Source of the DNA: Curvularia clavata
Taxonomy: Eukaryota
Length of the DNA stretch: 64,000 nt
Assembly (NCBI GenBank): GCA_023920165.1
Contig: CP089279.1
Span: 992,001 to 1,056,000 of the forward strand
Direction of reading: 5' to 3'
Shown here: positions 50,473 through 61,885 of the stretch, in pieces
How the letters are laid out: each line of letters begins with the position of its first letter
How positions within the stretch are numbered: position 1 is the first letter of the stretch
Notes under the pieces: generated by a model
What the model was told of the DNA's origin: nothing
Databases searched by the model: none
The model's input: the letters and a program-made list of their open reading frames with translations, nothing else
Translations under genes and position numbers: made by a program

Positions 50473-52134
50473 GTCTTGCCTGCTTGACCGACCGACCCCA
50501 TGCGTTCGCAATAATCTGCACTAGCTGTGATGGGATTCTCAGAAACCATTTCAGGTGTTATTCTAGAGCTTGCTGTATTGGCGGATGGCGGGGGTGTTGT
50601 CAACACAAAAACTCGGGTGTAGATGGATAGAATTCAAGATAGATGGTTGGGAAATGATAGATCGAGAGCTTGCCTAGAAGCTGAATACTATAAGTCTGTG
50701 AGTACTGTGTATGATGTATCGTGATCATGGTTTTTTTCTATGCTGTGATATTTTCAATTCTTAGATATGTCTTTTGCGTAAAAAACCCCCCCACAGTGCC
50801 AACCTCTAAAGTAGTTCCCACACCCCGTCTCACTGCAAAATGATAGAAGAAGAAAAAGTAAAAAGCAAGCAATCCTAATCTGTCCACGTGTGTTGCTCTA
50901 CCGCCTCGATTCAAACGAGGCGTCTCCCTAGCTTAGCAACCCATTAAAGACGACAACACTAGGTTATTAGTTTCCTAGAATCAGTAGTAGTCGTATTCAA
51001 ACCCTATATCTGTCAGTCTAGCATGTTACATCCCGCAGGGCATCCCGTATTTGGGGTGGGTAGTGTTCGATTTGGAACCTAGTATCGTCGTCGCCGCTAG
51101 GAGCTCACTCGATCGCGGCAGAGTTAGAATTGATTCGTGGTGAGAATTGGAACGTTGTGATATTTATCTACATACGTTCTAGTTATAGACTTTTACGCTG
51201 TTTATGCAAACACGCCTTCTAGAGCACTGCCATTCATACAACTCATTTTCTTGCTACTCTCATCCCATCACGTAATGTCTCATACATGCACAATTATATT
51301 TGTTGCGCTGTACCTTGCTTCCCCAACATTGGCCTGGGACGTGATAAAAATATGAATTGGCCAATTCAGAGTCGATGAATAGAGATGGAACAGTTCGCGA
51401 GACAGAAGGGATTGCTACAGCCGTGATCTGGGCAGCATGTTGCTCGCATAGAGCACTCGAAACTATTGATCAATGTTTCTCATGCTGGTAAATTGTCCAT
51501 TGAACTCCCAATGTATTGAAAGGATAAGCCACCTTTGGTTGCACCTCATTTGTAAGAAAATTTCAGTGTACATAACCACCAATTGCTTTCCTGCGCGTCT
51601 CGACTTTACTGGATAGCCATTAAGTCCGAGACTCGCATCCAGCCCAGGTCAATGCAGTCCAAATTGAGTCAAGACTGGTGTTCGCCTGAGCTACTTCAGG
51701 TGTATGTGCGCTACGAATCATGTTGAGTCTGCAGACGAGAAGCAAAGCTACGTCGGCGTCTTATCGTGTACATCCCCTTTACCTACCATGTCCGCCACCG
51801 TGGTCAATTAGCCAATTACCATCGCCCAGCCATTATTACCCCGCTGGGTGGGTTTAATTTCAAGCCTATCACCGACTCAGTTTCTTTTCGAGATTCAGCG
51901 CGGTAATTGAGTCGGGTCGTGCTCGGTCATTCTACGATATAACTGGAGATCTTTGGCTGCATAGTAATTTATTATTTCAAGGTGGCTGCGCCCGCTGTGA
52001 GTCTTCTGTCAAGATTGACTTATTTGCTGATCCCATTTCCTTGTCAGATTGTTGCATGGCACTCCAGAACCGCTTTGGCACTGCACATTGCTTCAATTGT
52101 ACCATCAGCAATTGTTACTTCCACGTCTTCGATC

Positions 52135-52466
52135 ATGAGGCCTACCATTCTATTCTTCGCCTGCATGACTTCTGTCACGCTTGGTGGCCGCTTCGCCATG
52201 CCTCCGACTGATATTACTGCTGTCTCTGAGACCGAACGTGCCACCACCGCTGATTGCAAGAAATGCGATGAGTTCTTCGGGAAGTGCAGAAGCGTAAGTG
52301 TCATCTGTCTTCTCAAAGAAGTACTTCTTTCCATTCCTTTGCTAATAAGAAAAAGTCCATCTGGTGCTTCTACAATTCCTGGGGCTGCTACGTGACGTGC
52401 AACACGGACACCTGCCGCAACTTCAACCAGGCCTGCACATCCTGTGGCTACACCGAAAGGTGTTAG
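52135..52466 (+). CDS. Small secreted 10-Cys protein C (89 aa)
   Basis: Exons 52135-52293 and 52356-52466 read MRPTILFFACMTSVTLGGRFAMPPTDITAVSETERATTADCKKCDEFFGKCRS/SIWCFYNSWGCYVTCNTDTCRNFNQACTSCGYTERC*. Confidence 0.88.
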
Positions 52467-53406
52467 ACGGCTTGGCCGACGACTTGATTTCTGGTCCAAT
52501 AATGGAACAAGATGGAAAACGGAGAAGCCTACGTATGGGTCCCTGGCATGATATCACCAACAAGATATGGGTTTGCAACCACGGAGCGAACTTGTCCATG
52601 TTGTGCTTTAGCAGCGGATTCACCATCTGTGAGCTGGGTGGCAGGATCTCGACGAAGAACACGACAATAGGAGATCGGCCCGTAATATACGCTCAGTCGC
52701 CGCGCCGTGTGTTCTTGGGCAATGTTTCAGCTTCAACGGAACGATGACCGAGGTTATTGCTGGAGGATAGTGGCTTATCAGGCATTGTAATCGCTAGAGA
52801 AGCAGAATCGCGAGCAGCTGTTCAATTGACCATGGCGTAGTAAAACATGCTCCAAATCACCTGGGGAACAGTCGTAGAGATGTGGGCGAAACGAGGAGAT
52901 GTATGTGTTGTTCACAGCAGACCTTAATAGTCCAGACTGATAAGATCCCGAAACAGAAGGTGGGAGATATTTCCTAATCGGTCGATAATGTCCTTGACAC
53001 AGTAGGAGCAGCCCAGCCAGACTATGCAGAGGAAGCAAAATACATGCCGCCAGCAGCAAAAGGTTAAAAGACGACTGACGTGTATCTTTCGCAAGGATTT
53101 CCCTCAACCAACACGTGACAGACCCGCTTGGACTGCCACATGGCAAGCGCGTGCGCGCCGAAGCAGCCGAGGCCCCAGCCCCAGGAAGTGCGCGACAACG
53201 ATGCCATCTCCACACCGTCCCCGGCTCCGCATGTCATCGCATCATGCACGCCGCCCATCCACCGACTCACGCTCGATCTTGCCTGCCTCTTCTACTGCTT
53301 TGGCCTGATTGATCTCCTTGTGCATGTGCTTGGATACGCACGTATAGCCTCCACACCGATCAATGCGACGCTCCCCTCCTGTGGGGGCGCGCCGTTCACC
53401 CTAGAC

Positions 53407-54777
53407 ATGTCAGACTCGGTCGGTATGTGCTGGTGTTCTTCGAGCTGGCTTATTCTTGTGCCAAAATACTAATGGAGAGAAACGTAGACAGAGTCTTTAG
53501 CCATGCGCTCAACACCGTCAACAAGATCCGGACGGGGTCGCAGAAGCCCCCATCCGCGATACGATTACGCCTGTATGGACTGTACAAGCAGGCCATGGGT
53601 ACGTTTGAGCCGATGGGATGGTAAAAGTCGAAAACTAAAACATTGCAGAGGGGGATGTTGACGGTATAATGGACTGCCCGCGAGGCAATGATGATCAGAG
53701 CCAGCGGGCGCGAGAGAAATGGTATGTTGGGCACGCGACAGATGCGACTCTTCTTCACAGACTGTGGCGCAGTACTGATAATTCCTCAGGGATGCATGGA
53801 AACAGCAAAACGGCCTCTCACGTACAGAAGCGAAGCGCCGCTACATTACCACCCTCATTGAAACCATGCACAAGTACGCCTCGCCGTCGCCGGACTCCCG
53901 GGAATTGGTCGCCGAGCTCGAATTTGTCTGGGACCAAGTAAAATCCAACGTACCCTCTTCATCATCTTCCTCCCCACTGCGGCATTCGGACCATATCCAG
54001 TCTGGTTATTCTCAACATGAGTTGGGCGAAAGTCGACGCGCAGCCATGGACATGAGCACGCCGTTGAGGCAAAATGACGAAACCCCAACACGAGAAGCAG
54101 TGCGAGAAATGCCACTGCGCGTCAAATCACCAATGTCGCAGTCCGAGGAAAATCTCGAAGAAGAAGAGGCGGAAATCGACCGTGGTGAAGTCTTTGTCGA
54201 CGCTCCCGATTCGCAATACAATCCCACATCCTACCCAGACGAGGATCCCGACGCCACGAATCACAACATAGAAGACGCCGGCGTCCAAACTGACCTGCAA
54301 AATCTCATGCGCGCCGAACCCATCCCTATCCAGACACCCACACCTGCCCCGAAAAACAGAGGCATAGGCGTCCTAGGAAAACCCATACAAATGCCTATTC
54401 CCGGCTTCGGCAGCACCCCCGGTCCAACATCCAAAGAGTCGGCCGAGGACCAAAAATGGCGCAAACGTGTCGAGCAGTCTCTCATGAAGATGACGGCCGA
54501 AGTAGCCGCTCTACGAGAACAATTAGAAGCCCGACGTCTATTCGCCCACTCGGCGCACTACCGTTTGTTCAGAGGGATATGGCGATGGGTTTGGGCGTGC
54601 GTCAAGCATATCGCCGTCGACATGGTTGTTCTGGGTATCGTGCTAGTTTGGATGAGGAGAAAGAAAGATAAAAGGCTGGAAAACACCATTCGCAATTTAT
54701 TGGGTGGTGCGGTGGCGAAGGTACGGAGAGGCGGAAGTGGAGTAACGTTCCTCGGCGGCGGGAAGAAAGCAGCTTGA
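53407..54777 (+). CDS. Acyl-CoA-binding domain protein with C-terminal coiled coil and TM helix (ACBD5/Atg37-like architecture)
   Basis: Exons 53407-53422, 53488-53598, 53649-53721 and 53790-54777 give MSDSVDRVF..LRLYGLYKQAMEGDV..REKWDAW...GLSRTEAKRRYI, then KMTAEVAALREQL and a TM segment. Confidence 0.85.
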
Positions 54778-55129
54778 TGCTGAAGCAGAGGGAATGTGTT
54801 GTATGAGTATGTGAAGATATACTGCGTGCATGTATATATTGGGAGCGCACGTATCGTGTTACTATGAACTAGGGATGGTTTTGAACCATGTAGGACACGC
54901 AAAGACTATATCTACCCTGGTTTTCACACGAAGACGGCAGTGGACAATAAGCTCATACCATATCGACTAGCGTGTGAAGCATGTTGGCCCTCTCGATGTA
55001 CTGAAATATTCGGAATACGACTGCAAATATCATCTCTAAAAATATGCACTTTCAGTTCTTGAATTTACGAGACAGATGCGAATACATATAGGCACTTTTC
55101 ATGTCCCGGAGACGCGAGGCAGGCACGAA

Positions 55130-55263
55130 CACATGTAGACAGTAAAGGTTTGATTCGAAATATGAAGAAGTCCCATAGAGACGTGAGACACATGTAGATA
55201 CAGATACATGTAAACAGTAAAGGTTCCATGGAAAGCATGAAGAAAGTCTCCTAGAGACGTGAG
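55130..55263. repeat. Imperfect direct repeat of about 60 bp (2 copies)
   Basis: acatgtagacagtaaaggtt...atgaagaagtcccatagagacgtgag versus acatgtaaacagtaaaggtt...atgaagaaagtctcctagagacgtgag. Confidence 0.7.
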
Positions 55264-55450
55264 GCGCTATACTAAGATATACAAACTAAATATATTCATG
55301 TGGTTGGTGGCGGAGTAGGATTCAGTGCAACCCTATTCTGAATGTCCTTGAGTTGTCAATAAGCCGGCTTGGTTTTTGTCGATAGTAGATCAGACCACTT
55401 TCTAAGCTATGCCACGGTGCGTAGATGTCATGCTGGTCTGTTTGTAATCA

Positions 55451-56712
55451 TCAAGCCTGCCTGACTTGGATTGCTGACAATTCTACTGACGATCCCGACG
55501 GTGATCCTGACGATGACCCTGCCCCATAATTCGAGTCTCTGTCGGACGCTCGTGCCGCTTCGTTGGCCATTTCAGCGACATACCTGGCTTCATCAATCGG
55601 GTGAATCTGATCCTCAGGTGATGGCGACCGCTTTTCACCCTTAGTTCCAGGGTTGAGGTGATGCCTACCTTGCGTTCCTCCGCGTACACCGCACTCTGCC
55701 ATTTCGAGATACTCGCCGAGCTTCATCCCAGAGATACAGATTTCTTTGTCTTCATCTCCCAACACTTCACTTGCAAGATCCTCGTAAGTGAAGTCACTCA
55801 GGCGGAGCCGTATACCACGGTTTTCGACGAGCTCCCCTTCTTGGTCGCGGAAAACCTCATCTTCGACCTCCGCTACAGCACGTAATCTAGGCCCTTCCGC
55901 AGTATGAAATTCTCGCGGTCGCCATACTGTAAACGTCGCTTCACACGTCGCGTTGCGTGACTGTTCATGTTGGTACGGAAGTTTTACACAGATAACCGCC
56001 CGTATGCTGGCCTCTGAATCAATGAGATAGTCTTCTGCCCTTCGATCCAAAGATTTCTTGTTTTGCGAATACCCGATTTCGATGATGACGCCTGGAAACT
56101 TCGCCAGATCATGACCGAATGATATGTCGGGCTCGTAGTTGACCTCACTGCCCTCAAACTCTATCATAGCAGAACCCCACGCGTCCACTCTCTGTGCGAA
56201 ATTTGCCTGCTTTCTATGTTCAGAACAGATACTTGCAAGCTGGGTCTGTACGTGGTTGTCAAACTTCCAAAGGAAACATTCGTGTATCCTGCTCGGCATG
56301 CGGACGATTACTGCGCGTGTCTTCTCGTCGTAGTAGTACGGGATCTTTTCCTGCACGTAATTACAGAACGTTGGATTCTGCTCAAGCCTTTCTTGTAAGT
56401 GAGCGTATTCTTTCTTGCTCAGTTGGATTTTGATTTCCGGGTCTTCGTTGGTGTTTGTGCCGTTTCGGATGCTGTTAAAAAGCTCAAAGACGCGGTGTGC
56501 GTGTAGAAACGCCTTCTCGCCCGACGGATGTGTCAGTGGACCTCCGGTTACACTCTGCGGAATTTTGATGTTCTGCTCTTGGTTTTAGTAGTTAGTTATG
56601 GTAGTTGGTTGTAGTAGTTGATGATTGTGGGTGGTGCAGGTTTCATATATACGTTGCTGGTGTGCATTATGAATATAGGTTGTAAATGCAGGATATTGGT
56701 ATTAGTTGACAT
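55451..56712 (-). CDS. PD-(D/E)XK / Uma2-like restriction-endonuclease-fold protein, copy 1 (5' end uncertain)
   Basis: MPSRIHE, YEPDISF, FPGVIIEIGYSQ and AEDYLIDS..SIRAVICVKL. The frame is open from 56572 to 55451 without an ATG at its 5' end. A candidate intron 56652-56573 (GTATAT..CTAAC..CAG) links it to an ATG at 56667 or 56712. Confidence 0.6.
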
Positions 56713-57104
56713 TGCAAATTATTGATGCGAGGTTGCAGGTTATGAATGTGGGCTGTTGATCTGGGTCGAAAGGCGTTTGCTACCTCGCAAGCTGTGCCTA
56801 CACTAGCCTGCTACTACTATGTCTCTCCCACGACTGGGGAACCGGAAGATGGCGACCACCATAATCACGACTACCAAATGCATTGTAATTGCTACAGTTT
56901 TTTGTTACCTGCTGTAAGGATAGCTTGTATTGGTAGATAGGCTTGTTTTGATGTCCGGTTTTACTGGCTGTGGGAGAGTATGTGTTGAGCTACGCATTGG
57001 CTATTGGCGCCAAGTCATGTACAATGTTCGAGGACATCACAAGTGCATAGTTACTTCATCTACCTTATTGTCTCGAGAATGGACAGCTCACAGTGTAAAT
57101 TCTC

Positions 57105-58055
57105 CTAAGGTGGGTCCATCTCAACACCATCCTCCAGAACATCCTTATGTAATAACTCCACGTTCAAAATGTGCTCTGCCTCGTTGAGAATTTCGCAGAG
57201 CTGTTGCCCAGAGATCGATATTTCTACACCTTCGTCATGTAATTCTTTCTTGACAGTAGACAGGGCAGCGAAGTCGCTAAGATAGAGCTGTATGCCAAGG
57301 TGGTCGACAGAATTTCCGTCATCATCGCGGAAGGCCTCGTCCACAACCTTACCCACAGCGCGTAATTTGCGCCCGTTAGGAGTGTTGAATATCTCAGGTT
57401 GGTAGATATAAAGGGTCGCTTCTCTTGAATCTTCACGGTACGAGAGTTTGAGGCCAATAGCCACCCGTATGTTGGCGGCCGAGTTTACAACGTATCATCC
57501 ACACAACCGAGCCAAGTTTTTCCTCTTCTGCAAATTTGCGAGTTCGATGACCACACTTGGATATTTATCGGCATTGTGTCTGAACGTCGCATCGGGACAA
57601 TGTACACTCGTATTGTTGTGGAGTTTGAAGCCAATTGACCTTCTGGGCAGTACGCGTCGCGCAAAGTTCGCCTTCTTCCCAGATCCAGAACGGATCGCTT
57701 GAAGCTGCAAATTTATGGCATCGACGACTCGCCTGTTGAATTCTTCGCATATGTTGTCCACCGGCATTTGTACGACTATCGTGTGCGATTCCTCGTCGTA
57801 ATCCAAGCTGAGAATCTATTGTTAGCTGTGGCCTTTACCGTGTGTGTGAACGACGAACCAGATATTGTCTCGCACGAAACCCGAAATTTCACCATCTTTC
57901 TTGATCGTTTCTTCTAGATAGTCGTACTCTCCCTCCTCAAACTGGACTGTCACCTCTGGGTCTTTGTAGTCATATTTCCCTTCATGTATAGCTTTTAGAA
58001 TGGCAATGACACGATCGGCTCCAGAAAATAACTCCTGATATGTTGGTTGAGACAT
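57105..58055 (-). pseudogene. PD-(D/E)XK / Uma2-like protein, copy 2, with in-frame stop
   Basis: Collinear with copy 1 (HCPDATF, YPSVVIELAN, LRAV..V.DE.FRD..G, LSDF, ISG..L.E.L..AE). Intron 57858-57808; in-frame TGA at 57497-57495. Confidence 0.75.
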
Positions 58056-58504
58056 TGCGATGCTGATCGCTGAGGCGTGATTGCTGCTTTGTGAGACGCG
58101 CCGAGAGTGCATAGCAGCTGAGTAGCTCAGTGACGGGTAGGTAGTGTAGATCGAATATTTTACTGTGAGATTTCGGTATATGCTTCGCATCTCCAAAAGT
58201 TGAGAAGAGCGTTTTATTAGAGTTGATCGGTTCGGTTTTACTCCGATTGTCTGATTGCATTGAGAGGTGGCGCTAGGCTGCTAGCGGCAACTTACAGGTG
58301 AAAGTAACCTTCCATTCAGATATAGTGCCTCGGCTCCCATTGTTTGCTCAGTTCTTTTCAGACATGGTTATACGGAAACAAGTAAATGGTAGAAAGGTCT
58401 AGCCAAGGTTCATGACTACGGTCATCAGTTTCCAAGTCATCTACCTTGCAACGAATGACTCCATCTCTCGATCGTCTTCCTGGTACACAAACTGCCTCTC
58501 CATC

Positions 58505-60063
58505 TCACCAACTAAATTCCGCAATGCCCCCATCCCAGCATGACCATAATCTGACATCGTCGCCGTTACTTCCCTCCAAAAACTTGAGCGAGCGAATGCT
58601 CTCACACCCACCCTTGCCCTTTCCATTCCCCCGCACCTCATTGCTCTTGATCTCCTTGACTACCTTCCCTGTGTAGAGATTACTAATGCGAATCGCTGTG
58701 CCAGTTGACAAATCTTGAGCTGCAGCAACCAAGCCCAGACGCGCATGCACAGCCACGTCGAGGTCGAGTTCGTCGCGATTTGCATGCTCGAATGCAAAAA
58801 GGGGTTGGGAGGCGTTAATGTGCCGCTTTTGAGTGACCTTCCTACGTTTAGGGGCGTCACGGGTATGGCTGAACGACGTCTGGCGGGGCGAACGCAAATC
58901 GTAAAGACAGAGCGAGTTCTGGAGGCCTGAGCACACGAGTCGCGTGTCGTTCTCTGCCCGCTTGAGTTTGGATATAGGGTAAGGATGCGTGAGAATGTGG
59001 CTTGAACCCTTGGATCGGGTGTCGTACAAGCGGATGGATCCGTCACGGGAACCCATTACAACGGTAGTGTAGGATAGCCAGTCTAGCGCTAAAACGTCAG
59101 ACTTGAGTGGCCAGGCGGCAACGGTAGAGTTCCAGAATCCTGATTCAGAGCGCATGAAGAGAATGAGGGAGTTGGATGTGCCAATGGCAAGGTGCTCGGT
59201 GTATGTTGCTGGTACGGTGTTCGCGAGATAGGGTGATGGGGTAAAGGTTGTGGGTCTGGCAGCTGTTGTCCAGATAGCTTTACGATCCGAGGTGTTCCAC
59301 CTTCGGGTACCGTACTACAGGAAGAGATGATTAGAATTTGTTTTCATGCTGTTCAGGCCAGCTCACATGCCTTGAAACAGTGGCTAGTTTGCATGTCTGG
59401 ACGATGACTTACTGATCGGTCACGCCCTGGATCGCTAAGAAGTATCTCTGGATGATAATCTGAACCATACGTAGTTACGGCCAGTGCGCCAGTGGCTGGA
59501 AGGTAGGTCAAGGATGACACCGTTGACTTAGGGCGTTCCACTTCCTGACAAGCATATGTATTCTCGAGCGGTCGCCGGTCGGAACTGCTGTAGTCAATGT
59601 CCATGTCCCATGAATCTATTCCTGTACGTTTGGTCTGCATAGTGACACTGTTGGACCCATAGACTGCGTATATGGCGCCGGAAACGGGGTCTAGGTCAAA
59701 AAGACGTATCGGACCAGAATCAGCTCGCCTACTGACAACCTGTTTTGGGCGAGCATCGATTCCAAAAGCACAAGCATCTGTCCAAAGGTTGCTCAGGTAG
59801 ACCGAGGATCTCTTGGAGCCAAGCTCTCTGTCGATGTTCGTCTGTGTAATGCTGTTCAGATTCCGCCGAACAACTCTTTCCTTGCGGATCTTATCCGAAC
59901 GGGCAGCTACTGCTTTTTGTATGCGCTGTTTACGCTCTTCTTTCCTGATATTGTCGAGCGAGTACTTGAGGTCAAAACCACGTGCTGCATTCTGGCTCTG
60001 GATCTTGAAATATTTCTTCTTCTCGGCATCCCAGTAATAACCCGGAATTGCCTGACCGTTCAT
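58505..60063 (-). CDS. WD40-repeat protein (DCAF4/WDR21-like)
   Basis: N-terminal IPGYYWDAEKKKYFKI, SDVLALDWL, GSRDGSIRLYDTR and LCLYDLRS (DxR motifs). Intron 59412-59315. Confidence 0.8.
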
Positions 60064-60258
60064 GGCGGATGCTTGCACGAGAAGGGCTGCAACCAAGGTT
60101 CTGAGTAAGAGTAGCACCTATCAGGTATACCTTGAGTTTGTCGTATCGCTGTTAGAAATAGAGACGCAGTATGTGAACAAGACAGGACGCGTAGATTCTG
60201 CAAACGCGATGATTGGCTAGAAAAGTGGCGACGGCAGTTTGCTCAGAACCGAATTCGG

Positions 60259-61722
60259 CTCTCGTGGAACTAAAATAGTGCAAAATAAGCTGCCCCACCA
60301 AAACAATGCACATACGTCGCAATGCAAAAACAGCCCAAAATACAGCCAAAATCAGCCAAAATTACATTCAAACCTATGTAAAAAAAAACTATCAAAAACG
60401 TGAGGCTCTATACTGATACTTATCCCGTACTTCTTGGAGTCGTAGAGGATATCCGTCTACTGTTTTGTTGATTTTTTCTTGGTTAAGTGCACGCCAAATC
60501 TCATGAAAACGCCGCAGCCCCTGTGCCTTTGTTGCACACCTTTGCTGCCAAAAATCACGGCGGATAGGTGAAACCCAGGTCTCCATAACGCTAAGATCGG
60601 GTGATTTTGGTGGTGAGAGGATATAGTCTAGCCCATGAAGCTCCATCCAGCGTAGAGTCTCTTTACTTGTATGGGCAGAATCTCGATCCTGCCACAAAAT
60701 CCAGTCACCACCTTTTTCAAGTATAAAAGCTTGCAGCTTTGGTAAAACAAACTCAGTATATGTTTTAGTGTTCATTTTACCATTTGTTGCCCGCGTAGAA
60801 TAGGGGAGAGCCCATGCAAAGTCAAACCCAACAACACAGAAGACATGAAAGTGACTCTGCTTTTCTGCATCTGGTTTATGGTCTGGGTCGTATTGGATAT
60901 TACTCGGGTGATATTTCCAGTAAGTGCCTGGTGGTCTCTTTATATTGCGGGGATATCTTGGGCCAGTCATCCAGTGGACTTCATCACACCAAAGCACATT
61001 GCGCCAGTGCTGTGCATTTGGGCGTATAGTAATTTGGGTGTCAATGTATGCCGCCCGCCACCGAACTTGTGCAAGACTATGAGCTTCTTTGGTAACTGCC
61101 TTATGTGTTTTGATGCCTGACCACTGAGTAACATGCCGTTGTATTACTTTGGGATGCCATTGTAGGTTCCTAGCACCACGTTCATGCCGATACTCCTTAA
61201 CTACTCCAGCTTTTTCTGCTATATCTTGCCAAGAAAAGCTTTTTTCATCAAAGGGAGCGTCTCGGATATAGGTAGAAATAGCCTCAGCGTCAGCGTTGGT
61301 TATACCTCGTGGCCGTCCGCGAGTGTCAGGTGCATCAGAGTGCTGGAGTTGACGGCATCGTCCTGACGCGACGACACGTGATATTGTAGACGGATGTATG
61401 CCAAATACTGTAGAAATACGCTGTAAACTACATGGCTGATTCTCTTCTTGATTGAAATAGACCAGCGCAAGTATGGCAGAGCGTCGGGGGGTGTCTAGTT
61501 GTGGTGGTGCGTCGTCAGTTTTGATTAGCTCTCTCGGCGGCGTCGTGAGTCGCAAACGCTTTGGCATTTGGATATGTGTATCCTCACATTTCAATAGACC
61601 TGTTTTGCATATAAAGTCAGTAAATTTGGGTGCGTTTTGGTGGTGTGGTGGGTGGTTGAATGTGGTGGATTGCATTGTTTTGGTGGGGCAGCTTATTTTG
61701 CACTATTTTAGTTCCACGAGAG
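60259..61722 (-). mobile_element. 1464-bp IS630/Tc1-like DNA transposon with 52-bp perfect TIRs and 5-bp flanking direct repeat TTCGG
   Basis: 60259-60310 is the exact reverse complement of 61671-61722 (CTCTCGTGGAACTAAAATAGTGC...AAAACAATGCA). TTCGG occurs at 60254-60258 and 61723-61727. A single transposase ORF lies inside. Confidence 0.93.
60392..61675 (-). CDS. Tc1/IS630-type DD34E transposase
   Basis: HTH region (ISTVFGIHPSTISRVV), GRPR linker, VLWCDE, LWQDRDSAH and PPKSPDLSVME, with 34 residues between the second D and the E. The start is either 61675 (inside the TIR) or 61567. Confidence 0.9.
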   Translation of the reverse strand: MQSTTFNHPPHHQNAPKFTDFICKTGLLKCEDTHIQMPKRLRLTTPPRELIKTDDAPPQLDTPRRSAILALVYFNQEENQPCSLQRISTVFGIHPSTISRVVASGRCRQLQHSDAPDTRGRPRGITNADAEAISTYIRDAPFDEKSFSWQDIAEKAGVVKEYRHERGARNLQWHPKVIQRHVTQWSGIKTHKAVTKEAHSLAQVRWRAAYIDTQITIRPNAQHWRNVLWCDEVHWMTGPRYPRNIKRPPGTYWKYHPSNIQYDPDHKPDAEKQSHFHVFCVVGFDFAWALPYSTRATNGKMNTKTYTEFVLPKLQAFILEKGGDWILWQDRDSAHTSKETLRWMELHGLDYILSPPKSPDLSVMETWVSPIRRDFWQQRCATKAQGLRRFHEIWRALNQEKINKTVDGYPLRLQEVRDKYQYRASRF

Positions 61723-61885
61723 TTCGGTAGCCGTTATTTAGTGGCTGCGTTATCGATAACCGCTCTCCGAGGCATGACGCCACTGCTCCATAGCATTCAC
61801 ATCACTCGGAAATGTGCTTATATACGCCACCACTATCACTCATTTTCCTCTGGCCTAACAACATTTGATATCCCCTTAGCAGCGT

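Noticed and set aside
60259..61722. Fanzor/TnpB cargo in the IS630-like element
   Set aside because: The transposase fills almost the entire element; there is no RuvC or zinc-finger ORF and no room for a guide RNA
60247..61729. Alternative transposon boundary with a TA target site (ends CCGAA...TTCGG followed by TA)
   Set aside because: It needs a 5-bp insertion in the left TIR and the left flank reads AA, not TA; less parsimonious than the 5-bp duplication, though not formally excluded
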